DNA of 24,000 bases. Source: Gaiellaceae bacterium (GTDB taxonomy: Bacteria > Actinomycetota > Thermoleophilia > Gaiellales > Gaiellaceae). Below the pieces are notes generated by a model. It ran no database searches. It saw only the letters and a list, made by a program, of their open reading frames with translations, and had not been told where the DNA came from. Shown in pieces: positions 14,389 through 24,000 of this stretch; the stretch's first letter is position 1, and every line of letters begins with the position of its first letter. Both the position numbers and the translations under genes were made by a program. The stretch is taken from the NCBI GenBank assembly GCA_050011315.1, contig JBEKJI010000026.1:12991-36990 (forward strand). The letters are read 5' to 3'.

Positions 14389-15486
14389 CTAGGCCCTGGC
14401 CAGCTCGGCCAGGATGGCGATGCCCTGCTCGATCTCCTCGGGCGAGGGGAAGCTGTAGGCGAGCCGGAGCGAGCCCGCGCCGCGGCCGTCCGGATAGAAG
14501 TCGGTGCCCTTGCAGTAGACGACGCCCGCCTCGGTGGCTCGCACGAGCAGCTCTCCGGCGTCGACGCCCTTGGGCAGATCGAGCCAGTTGAAGTAGCCGC
14601 CCTCGGGCCGGCTCCAGCTCGCGCTCGAGCCGAAGTGGCGGCCGAGCGCCTCGAGCATCGCGTCTCGGCGAGCGCGGAGAAGCCCGTTCATCCGCTCCAG
14701 GTTGGGCTCGAAATGGCCGCGCCTGGCGAACTCGTACACGGTCGCCGCGGGCAGGTTCGACGGCGATATCGTGGTCGACGAGGCGATCAGCTCGAGCGGC
14801 TTGAGCAGCGGCTTGGGCAGGATGATGAAGCCGACGCGAAGCCCTGGCGAGACCGTCTTCGAGAACGACGAGGTGTGAGCGACCTTGTCGGCGATCGAGC
14901 CCTCGATCTGGAACATCGTCGGCGGCGCCTTGCCCTCGTAGCGGACGAAACCGTAAGGATCATCTTCGAGCACGAGCAGGTCGTGGCTCTGGGCCAGCTC
15001 GACGATGCGCTCGCGGCGCTCGACCGAGAGCGTACGTCCGCTCGGGTTCTGAAAGGTCGGAATCGTGTACAGGAAGGCCGGCTTGGGGCCACGCTTGAGC
15101 TCGCGCTCGAGCGCTTCGGGATCGAGCCCCTCGTCGTCCATCTCGATCGCCGTCACCTCGACGCCGTGGTTGCGCAGGATCAGGAGCGGACGGTCGTAGC
15201 TCGGTGCTTCGACCAGTACGCGCCCGCCGATGCCGCTCCAGAAGAAGTGCTGAGCCAGGTAGACGAAGCCTTGGAGCGAGCCGTTGGTGAGCAGGATCTG
15301 GGCGGGATCGATCTGGTAGCGCTCGCCGATCCATTCCCTGAGCGGCGCGTAGCCGAGCCCGATTCCGTAGGAGAGAACGTTGACCCCGTCACGCTCGATC
15401 GCGCCCTTGGCGCAGTCGGCAAGCAGATCGACGGCGAGGCATTCGGGCGCCGGGGCGCCGCGTGCGAAGGAGATGACTCTGCCCAT
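14389..15486 (-). CDS. PLP-dependent aminotransferase, class I/II fold
   Basis: ISFARGAPAPE N-terminus, typical of this family. SSFSKTVSPGLRVGF (PLP Lys) and LRLAYSF near the C-terminus. Confidence 0.85.
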   Translation of the reverse strand: MGRVISFARGAPAPECLAVDLLADCAKGAIERDGVNVLSYGIGLGYAPLREWIGERYQIDPAQILLTNGSLQGFVYLAQHFFWSGIGGRVLVEAPSYDRPLLILRNHGVEVTAIEMDDEGLDPEALERELKRGPKPAFLYTIPTFQNPSGRTLSVERRERIVELAQSHDLLVLEDDPYGFVRYEGKAPPTMFQIEGSIADKVAHTSSFSKTVSPGLRVGFIILPKPLLKPLELIASSTTISPSNLPAATVYEFARRGHFEPNLERMNGLLRARRDAMLEALGRHFGSSASWSRPEGGYFNWLDLPKGVDAGELLVRATEAGVVYCKGTDFYPDGRGAGSLRLAYSFPSPEEIEQGIAILAELARA

Positions 15487-15494
15487 GGAGCCGC

Positions 15495-15500
15495 AGCCTA
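15495..15500 (-). promoter_or_regulatory. Candidate -10 (TAGGCT on the minus strand) 8 nt upstream of the aminotransferase ATG; implies a leaderless mRNA
   Basis: Read from the 41-bp divergent intergenic region. No SD is present. Confidence 0.3.
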
Positions 15501-15514
15501 GCGAACCGCGCCGA

Positions 15515-15520
15515 TACGCT
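15515..15520 (+). promoter_or_regulatory. Candidate -10 (TACGCT) 7 nt upstream of the bioA ATG; implies a leaderless mRNA
   Basis: Read from the 41-bp divergent intergenic region. No SD is present. Confidence 0.3.
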
Positions 15521-15527
15521 GCCGGGT

Positions 15528-16811
15528 ATGAACGACTGGATCGAGCGCGACGAGACCCGCGTCTGGCACGGCTTCACCCAGATGGCGACCTTCGCCCTGA
15601 ACGAGCCCGTGATCGTCGAGCGAGCCGAGGGACGCGAGCTGATCGACACGGAGGGGCGCCGCTACCTGGATGCGATCTCCTCGCTCTGGGTGACGACGCT
15701 CGGCCACCACGTGCCCGAGCTCGACGCCGCCCTCACCGCGCAGCTCGGCAGGGTCGCCCACACGACTATGCTCGGACACGGCAACCGAGCCGCGGTCGAG
15801 CTCTCTGAGGCGCTCGCCCGGGTGGTGCCGGTCGCAGACCCGCACTTTCTCTTCGCCTCCGACGGCGCCTCGGCCGTCGAGCAGGCGCTCAAATGCGCCG
15901 TCCAGTACTGGCGCAATATCGGGCTCGAAGAGAAGTCCGGCTTTCTGGCGCTGCGCGACGCCTACCACGGCGACACGATCGGAGCTCTCTCGCTCGGGGA
16001 AGGCTTCCACAGCGAGCACTTCGATCTGCTTCGCTTCCCGGTGCTGCGCGCCGGCGGCTACGCGAGCCCCGGCTGGGCCGAGGAGGCCTGCAGCCTGGTT
16101 GCCGCCAACGCCGAGCGACTGGCCGCGGTCGTGATCGAGCCGCTTGTGCAGGCGGCCGGAGGCATGTGGATCGGCCGTCCCGAGGACGTGCGCATGCTCG
16201 CAGAGAGCTGCCGCGAGAACAGGGTGCTGCTCGTCTGCGATGAAGTGGCGACCGGTTTCGGGCGCACGGGTAGCCTCTTCGCCAGCCGGCGCTGCGGCAT
16301 TCAGCCCGACCTACTCGTGCTGGGCAAGGGCATCACCGGCGGCTACTTGCCGATGTCGGCGACGGTGGCGAGCGGTCGCGTCTATACCGCCTTCATGGGT
16401 GAGGACCTGGGCCCACGCACCTTTTACCACGGCCACTCCTACGGAGGGAACGCGCTCGCGGCCGCCGTCGCTTCGAGACATCTCGAGCTGCTCGCGGAGT
16501 GGAACGTGCTCGCGAACGTCGAGGCGCGCTCGGAGGAGCTGCGACAGCTCCTCGACGAGCGGATCGCTCCGCTGGCGCAAGTGGCGGACGTGCGCCTGTG
16601 CGGGCTGCTTGGCGGTATCGAGCTGAAGCCCCACATCGACGCCCGTGCGGTCTGCGCCGAGGCGGTTAGGAACGGAGTTCTCCTGCGATCTCTTGGCCAG
16701 GTCGTCCCGGTGGTGCCGCCGCTGACGATCACGAGCGAAGAGCTGGAGCGAATAGTCTCGGTGCTGGAACAGGCGCTCGCCGCCGTCAGCGAGAATAGCT
16801 TCGATGCTTAA
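15528..16811 (+). CDS. bioA: Adenosylmethionine-8-amino-7-oxononanoate aminotransferase
   Basis: VWHGFTQM, DEVATGFGRTGSLFA, LGKGITGGYLPMSAT (PLP Lys), YHGHSYGGN, and the bio cluster context. Confidence 0.9.
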   Translation: MNDWIERDETRVWHGFTQMATFALNEPVIVERAEGRELIDTEGRRYLDAISSLWVTTLGHHVPELDAALTAQLGRVAHTTMLGHGNRAAVELSEALARVVPVADPHFLFASDGASAVEQALKCAVQYWRNIGLEEKSGFLALRDAYHGDTIGALSLGEGFHSEHFDLLRFPVLRAGGYASPGWAEEACSLVAANAERLAAVVIEPLVQAAGGMWIGRPEDVRMLAESCRENRVLLVCDEVATGFGRTGSLFASRRCGIQPDLLVLGKGITGGYLPMSATVASGRVYTAFMGEDLGPRTFYHGHSYGGNALAAAVASRHLELLAEWNVLANVEARSEELRQLLDERIAPLAQVADVRLCGLLGGIELKPHIDARAVCAEAVRNGVLLRSLGQVVPVVPPLTITSEELERIVSVLEQALAAVSENSFDA

Positions 16812-17118
16812 TCGCTCGTTTCGAAACGCGGCACTCCGCCGCCCGAGTGCGCGCGGTGGTACAACGCTGAATCGGCACGAAGCCGGCACGTTTTCGAGTG
16901 CGTTTTCTCGATACCGTGTTACGCCCCGTGGGTGGGTTGCTAAGAGCCAAGCGAAACGAAGCACTCCACCGTCTGGCCGCGCTCGGCAAGCACGCTGCGT
17001 TGTCCTCGGTCGTATCCGTAGCCTCCAGCTACGAATCCGGCGCTGCGTCCTAGCATCGCACTCACCGATCGCACCCAGTCGGCGAGTCTTCATCCCGCTT
17101 GGCACTCGGGGAGGAGAG
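16812..17118 (+). repeat. Copy B of the modular hairpin-rich intergenic element, filling the bioA-bioB gap
   Basis: Palindrome CGTTTCGAAACG at 16817-16828. The motif occurs at 16823-16841 and 16953-16971. Hairpins at 16873-16885, 16894-16911 and 17017-17033. The closing helix pairs 16946-16953 with 17096-17103. It ends in GGGGAGGAG (17108-17116). Confidence 0.8.
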
Positions 17119-17191
17119 ATGGGTCCCGCCGCTTCGCGGAACCACGAGGAGTCTCGGATAAGACCGAACGCTTCCCGTAGCGGGCGGAGGA

Positions 17192-19997
<2,806 letters not shown>

Positions 19998-20008
<11 letters not shown>

Positions 20009-20645
20009 TCGCCCCGACGAGTCCCCGGACGCCGTGTCCCGGCGCCGGACGAAACTCTTTCTCCCCGGTTGGGGCACCACGGCAGATATCTGGACGCCTT
20101 TCGCAGCGCCCGGCGACCGGCTTGGAGGCGAGATCGAGGCGGGCGCCGACGTCGTCGCCTGGTCGCTCGGCGCGATGCGGGCGCTCGAGGCGGCGACCGA
20201 GACCGAGCTGGGGTCACTCACCCTCGTCGGCGCCACGGGACAGTTCGTGCGCCGGGACGACTATCGCTGCGGCTGGCCCAAGCGCACCCTCGCGCGCATG
20301 AGCGAGCGTCTGGCGGACAACGCCGGCGCCGTTTGGGACGAGTTCCTGGCGCTCGCCCTGGCACCCGGCGAAGAGCTGGCGGCGCCCCTACCGCGCGAAC
20401 AGGAGCTCGCCGTCCTCGAGCACGGGTTAGCCTATCTCGGCGATTTCACCATGCTCGAGCGCGCATCCGACATCCACTGCCCGGTCCGGCTCCTCCACGG
20501 CGGCCGCGATCGCGTCTGCCCGCCCACCGCCGCCCGGCTCCTCGCCGATGCTCTCCCCCAGGCCGAGTTGACCGTCTGGCCCGAGGCCGGACACGCACCC
20601 TTCCTCACTCAACCAGACCGCTTTCGCTCGTGGCTCCTGCCCTGA
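19998..20645 (+). CDS. bioH: BioH-like alpha/beta hydrolase (pimeloyl-ACP methyl ester carboxylesterase)
   Basis: LFLPGWGTTADIW, VVAWSLGA (GxSxG-type WSLG), LLHGGRDRVCP, GHAPFLTQPDRF, and its position between bioF and bioC. The GTG start overlaps the bioF end by 11 nt. Confidence 0.7.
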
Positions 20646-21394
20646 CGCTCGACAAGCAGGCGATCCAGCGCCGCTTCGAGCGCGCCGCCGACGCCTACGA
20701 CACCTTCAGCGTCGTCCAGCGCGCGATGGCCGACGGCCTGGTTGACGACGTCGAGCGCGAGCCGCTCTCGATTCTCGAGCTCGGCTGCGGCACCGGTTAC
20801 CTGACCACGCTCCTGCGCAGGCGCTTCCCGGAGGCGGCGATCGAGGCGGTGGACTTCGCGCCGGCGATGATCGCCCGCGCCAGCGAGCGCGTCCCCAACG
20901 CCCGCTTCGTCGTGGCCGATATCGAGGAGCTCGAGCCCGAGCCCGAGTGGTACGACCTGATCGTCTCAAGCGCGACCGTTCAGTGGCTGGCCGAGCCGGA
21001 GCAGACCTTCGCGCGCCTCGCCGGCTCGCTCGACAGACATGGCGAGCTGCATCTGACCACCTTCGGGCCGCGCACCTTCTGGGAGCTGGACGAGGTGCTC
21101 AGAGAGCTCGGTTGCGAACGAGGGTTGAGTCTGCTTCCGGCGGAGAAATGGGAAACGCTCCTCGCCGGGGCCGGTCTCCGTCGGATCCGCGCCCATTCGT
21201 GCGAGGAGCGTTTCTCTTACCCGGACTGTGCAGCCTTTCTCCGATCTGTCAAGTCCTCCGGTGCAGGATATGCACCCCGCGTTCTCGCACCGGGAACGCT
21301 CTCCGCGGCGATGCGCCGCTACGACGAACGCTTTTTCGACGGCGCCGGGGTGAGCGCCACCTACGACGTCGTGACCCTCTCGGCCGAGCGCTGA
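20630..21394 (+). CDS. bioC: Malonyl-ACP O-methyltransferase
   Basis: LDKQAIQRRFERAADAYD (BioC-type N-terminus), ILELGCGTGYLT (SAM motif I), YDLIVSSATVQW. GTG 20630 overlaps bioH by 16 nt. The 441-aa track ORF from 20069 is this gene plus a spurious extension. Confidence 0.8.
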   Translation: MAPALTLDKQAIQRRFERAADAYDTFSVVQRAMADGLVDDVEREPLSILELGCGTGYLTTLLRRRFPEAAIEAVDFAPAMIARASERVPNARFVVADIEELEPEPEWYDLIVSSATVQWLAEPEQTFARLAGSLDRHGELHLTTFGPRTFWELDEVLRELGCERGLSLLPAEKWETLLAGAGLRRIRAHSCEERFSYPDCAAFLRSVKSSGAGYAPRVLAPGTLSAAMRRYDERFFDGAGVSATYDVVTLSAER

Positions 21395-21441
21395 GAACCC
21401 CACTCTCTCCCGAGCCCGAGCCGAAGTTTGGAGCCGCTTCG

Positions 21442-21606
21442 GGCGAGAACGGCGCCATCGAGCACTACAACCGGATCATCGAGGAGACGAGCGAGGTCGA
21501 CTGGGCGACCCAGGAGATGCCGATCGGCATCCTCCAGGACGAGGAGGGCCACCGGAGGCTCTTCGGGGGCTTCCTGCGAGAGTACGAAGCGGAGGGGGTG
21601 GCGTAG
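21442..21606 (+). pseudogene. C-terminal remnant of a ferritin-like (DPS-like / Ferritin_2-type) gene, with no start codon
   Basis: GENGAIEHYNRIIEETSEVDWATQEMPIGILQDEEGHRRLFGGFLREYE resembles the last helix pair of ferritin-like proteins (AIE.YN..., IL.DEE.H). Upstream, the frame runs into bioC with no ATG, GTG or TTG after the bioC stop. Confidence 0.4.
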
Positions 21607-21687
21607 GAGCGCGCCTCGAGGGGCGATGTGCTCGTAGCCGTAGCCTCGTCGGCGACGGTTCGTCAAGATCGCGGCCGCGGGAGGCGA

Positions 21688-22416
21688 TCACGTGCCGTGG
21701 TGCACCGCCTCGATGTTGTTGCCGTCGGGGTCGAGGACGAACGCTCCGTAGTAACCGGGGTGATAGGTCCGCTCTCCCGGCGGCCCGTTGTCGCGGTAGC
21801 CGGCCGCGAGTGCTAGACGGTGGAACTCGCGAGCGACGACATCGTCCGCGACGGGAAAGGCAACGTGTACGTTCGCGGTCACCGGCTTACCTCGCACGAG
21901 TGCGAACGAGCGGTCGCCGCCTGCGACGTGGAATCGCGTCGCCTGCTCGTTCGCAATCCGCAGCCCGAGGATCGGCGCGATCGTTTGGTAGAACCGTCTG
22001 CTCGCGGCTAGGTCGGCGACCCGGATCCAGAGGTGGTCGATGACGTTATCGCCCTCGCGCGCGCGTCCGTGATAGACGGCCTCGGCGCTGTTGCCTTCGA
22101 GATCGAGCAGGAAGGCACCGTAGTAGTCCTTGTGATACTGCGGCCGCGGGCCTGGCGCGCCGTCGCTTGCGTAGCCTGCCTCCACGCCCGCGCGCCAGAA
22201 CTCCCGCACGTCTTCGCGCGACCGCGAGACGAATGCGACGTGGAGGCCCTGCGTCGCCGGCCGGTCCTCGCCTGCCTGCGCCAGGCCGAAGTCGTTCCAC
22301 TCGTCGAAGTCGTCGGCCGAGTGCGTGATTCCGTGGCCGAGCGGCGCGAGCGCCGTCTCGTAGAAGCGCCTGCTCGCAGCACGGTCGGAGACGCGGATCG
22401 TGACATGGTCGAACAC
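21688..22416 (-). CDS. VOC (glyoxalase/bleomycin-resistance/dioxygenase) family protein with two tandem domains
   Basis: Internal duplication: MFDHVTIRVSDRAASRRFYETALAPLG versus IDHLWIRVADLAASRRFYQTIAPILG. Both halves end in YHxxYYGAFxLDxxGNxxEAV. The start is GTG at 22416-22414. Confidence 0.85.
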   Translation of the reverse strand: MFDHVTIRVSDRAASRRFYETALAPLGHGITHSADDFDEWNDFGLAQAGEDRPATQGLHVAFVSRSREDVREFWRAGVEAGYASDGAPGPRPQYHKDYYGAFLLDLEGNSAEAVYHGRAREGDNVIDHLWIRVADLAASRRFYQTIAPILGLRIANEQATRFHVAGGDRSFALVRGKPVTANVHVAFPVADDVVAREFHRLALAAGYRDNGPPGERTYHPGYYGAFVLDPDGNNIEAVHHGT

Positions 22417-22429
22417 GCCCGTATTCTCT

Positions 22430-22464
22430 AAAAAAAAGGGCCGCTACTGCCGATAGCCGGGCCC
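22430..22464 (-). terminator. Rho-independent terminator downstream of sucD
   Basis: The minus strand reads GGGCC-CG-GCUA-UCGGCAG-UAGC-GGCCC followed by U8 (the A8 run at 22430-22437 on the plus strand). This is the only long homopolymer in the window. Confidence 0.7.
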
Positions 22465-22512
22465 GAGCCGAGCGACTCGCGCGGCCGAGGCGGCGGCACG
22501 GTTGCCGGGACG

Positions 22513-23385
22513 CTACTGCTTCAGCCGCTCCGCGGCGAGCTCGGCCACTTCGGTCGGAGTTGTTCCGACCTGGATGCCGCAGGCCTCGAGCGCCTCCTTC
22601 TTGGCCTGAGCGGTGCCCGACGAGCCGGAGATGATCGCGCCGGCGTGACCCATCGTCTTTCCGGGCGGGGCGGTGAAGCCGGCGATGTAGGCGAGTACGG
22701 GCTTGCTCATCTTCTCGGCCACGAAGCGGGCGGCCCGCTCCTCCTCGTCGCCGCCGATCTCCCCGACCATGACCACGATCTCGGTCTCGGGATCGGCCTC
22801 GAAGCGCTCGAGGATGTCGATGAAGGAGGAGCCGACGATGGCGTCGCCGCCGATGCCGATCACGGTCGTGTTGCCGAGCCCGAGCTGGGCCAGCTCGTAG
22901 CCGATCTGGTAGGTGAGCGTGCCCGAGCGGCTGACCAGACCGACCGATCCCTGGGCGAAGATCTCGGCCGGGATGATGCCGACGTTCGCCTTCCCCGGCG
23001 AGATCACGCCCGGGCAGTTGGGGCCGATCAGGGTCACTCCGTGCGTCTTCGCGAACCCGTGCAGCCGCAGCATCTCGTGCACCGGGATGCCCTCGGTGAT
23101 GCAGACGATCGTCTCGAGGCAGGCGTCGATCGCCTCGTAGAGCGCGTCGGCGGCGAAGCGGGCGGGCACGAAGGCGGCGCTCGTGTTGGCGCCCGTCTCG
23201 GCCACGGCCTCGCGGACGGTGTTGAAGACCGGGATCCCCTCGACCTCCTCGCCGCCGTGCCCGGGAGCGGCGCCCGCGACAACCTGCGTTCCGTAGGCCC
23301 GGTTGCGCAGGGCGTGGAAGGAGCCCTCGCGCCCGGTCAGGTTCTGAACGACGAGGCGGGTGGACTTGTCGACGATGATGGCCAT
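22513..23385 (-). CDS. sucD: Succinyl-CoA synthetase alpha subunit
   Basis: [30 protein letters not shown] (phospho-His loop), and the CoA-binding N-terminus. Its ATG overlaps the stop of the upstream methyltransferase gene as ATGA. Confidence 0.9.
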   Translation of the reverse strand: MAIIVDKSTRLVVQNLTGREGSFHALRNRAYGTQVVAGAAPGHGGEEVEGIPVFNTVREAVAETGANTSAAFVPARFAADALYEAIDACLETIVCITEGIPVHEMLRLHGFAKTHGVTLIGPNCPGVISPGKANVGIIPAEIFAQGSVGLVSRSGTLTYQIGYELAQLGLGNTTVIGIGGDAIVGSSFIDILERFEADPETEIVVMVGEIGGDEEERAARFVAEKMSKPVLAYIAGFTAPPGKTMGHAGAIISGSSGTAQAKKEALEACGIQVGTTPTEVAELAAERLKQ

Positions 23386-24000
23386 CAGTCCCTCTTCACG
23401 CCTTTGATTAGGAAGACCGTGCTGACGTAGTTGTCGCCGTCGAGGCGGTGCGAGACCAGCTCGCGAGCCTTCTCGGCTTGATCGCCCTTACAGTCGCAGC
23501 GCTCGAGCCACGAAGAGAAGGAGATCTGGCGCTCGATCACCTCGGCCGACTCGATCTCGAGCTCGGCGGCAGCGAAAAGCTCGTGCCACTGCTCGAGCGA
23601 GTAGGCGCGCACGTGCGAGGGGTCGCGTAGCTTCTCGGCCTCCTCGACGCGTTCGTCGACGAAGAGCAGATCCTCGAGCAGGACGGGCCCCCTGGTCACG
23701 CGGGCCATCTCGCGAAGGGCGAGCTCGGCGTCGGCGAAGTGGTGGGAGGCAAGCCGGCTTGCGACCAGATCGAAGGAGGCAGCGGGGAAAGGAAGCTCCT
23801 CGGCCTGGCAGATCACGTCCGACCACATGCCGGCGGAGGGGTCGGCGGTGGTGACGGTGAAGCTCGCCTCGCGCAGGCGCCGCGCGAGGTGCCCGCCGCC
23901 CGAGCCGACATCCAGCGCAGTCCTTCCCTCTCCCGGCCCCGCCCAGGCGACGAGCAGATCGAGATCGGGACCGAACGCATGCGGAGCGCTCTCCCGGTAG
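23385..24000 (-). CDS. Class I SAM-dependent methyltransferase (Methyltransf_11-like), 5' end outside the window
   Basis: The frame stays open upstream of the track's M at 23828 ([42 protein letters not shown] = SAM motif I). It continues with [22 protein letters not shown] (motif II/III region). Confidence 0.8.
   Translation of the reverse strand, partial: YRESAPHAFGPDLDLLVAWAGPGEGRTALDVGSGGGHLARRLREASFTVTTADPSAGMWSDVICQAEELPFPAASFDLVASRLASHHFADAELALREMARVTRGPVLLEDLLFVDERVEEAEKLRDPSHVRAYSLEQWHELFAAAELEIESAEVIERQISFSSWLERCDCKGDQAEKARELVSHRLDGDNYVSTVFLIKGVKRD

Noticed and set aside
15487-15527. A BirA, BioQ or BioR-type operator in the bioA upstream region.
   Set aside because: No inverted repeat or known operator-like half-sites are visible in the 41-bp gap.
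17015-17045. A tRNA T-arm-like ACGAATCC in copy B, and gttagagcgcc (D-arm-like) in copy A (5718-5728).
   Set aside because: No cloverleaf can be drawn. The flanking bases are not complementary as acceptor or T stems, and the two fragments are in different copies.
20069-20629. The first ~187 codons of the 441-aa ORF 20069..21394.
   Set aside because: This is an Arg/Pro-rich alternative frame of bioH. BioC homology starts only at LDKQAIQRRF, so GTG 20630 was used.
20947-21441. The 219-aa ORF 20947..21606 as a real gene.
   Set aside because: Its first ~165 codons are an alternative frame of bioC. Only the last ~55 codons show protein-like (ferritin-like) sequence, and these are treated as a remnant.

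Overview
High-GC bacterial chromosomal window, roughly two-thirds G+C by eye. Gene content and the many leaderless-style starts fit an actinobacterium-like organism, but this is inference because no search was possible. All family calls come from motif recognition in the translated ORFs. Order of content: (1) the 3' end of an NRPS gene with architecture (A tail)-T-C-A-T-TE, overlapped by an Sfp-type PPTase gene; (2) two tandem XerC/XerD-family tyrosine recombinase genes, followed by a displaced, frameshifted duplicate of the xerD 3' end; (3) a HEAT-repeat gene coupled to citrate synthase, with a divergent isocitrate dehydrogenase; (4) a small membrane protein gene overlapping queF, then an SDR, a PDZ/Lon-like S16 peptidase, a small Cys-rich protein, a LapA-like membrane protein and a class I/II aminotransferase; (5) a complete biotin cluster, bioA | bioB-bioD-bioF-bioH-bioC; (6) a ferritin-like gene remnant, a two-domain VOC protein, sucD and a 5'-truncated SAM methyltransferase. 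Most of this is ordinary core metabolism. I see no tRNA, rRNA, CRISPR array, transposase or defence-type genes. Four things are not explained by the gene calls. (a) A modular, hairpin-rich intergenic element occurs in at least 4 full or partial copies (about 5617-5845, 16812-17118, 7790-7905 inverted, 11720-11775); its stems are conserved, its loops vary, and I cannot assign it to any RNA or MITE family I know. (b) Inverted copies of this element bracket the recombinase pair, next to a roughly 135-bp duplication of the xerD 3' end, which looks like an integration or rearrangement scar. (c) The NRPS thioesterase has Cys in place of the nucleophilic Ser and a lid about twice the usual length. 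(d) There are several unusual gene couplings: methyltransferase-sucD, citrate synthase-HEAT, and a uORF overlapping bioB. None of these is proven; each needs a genome-wide search or an experiment.
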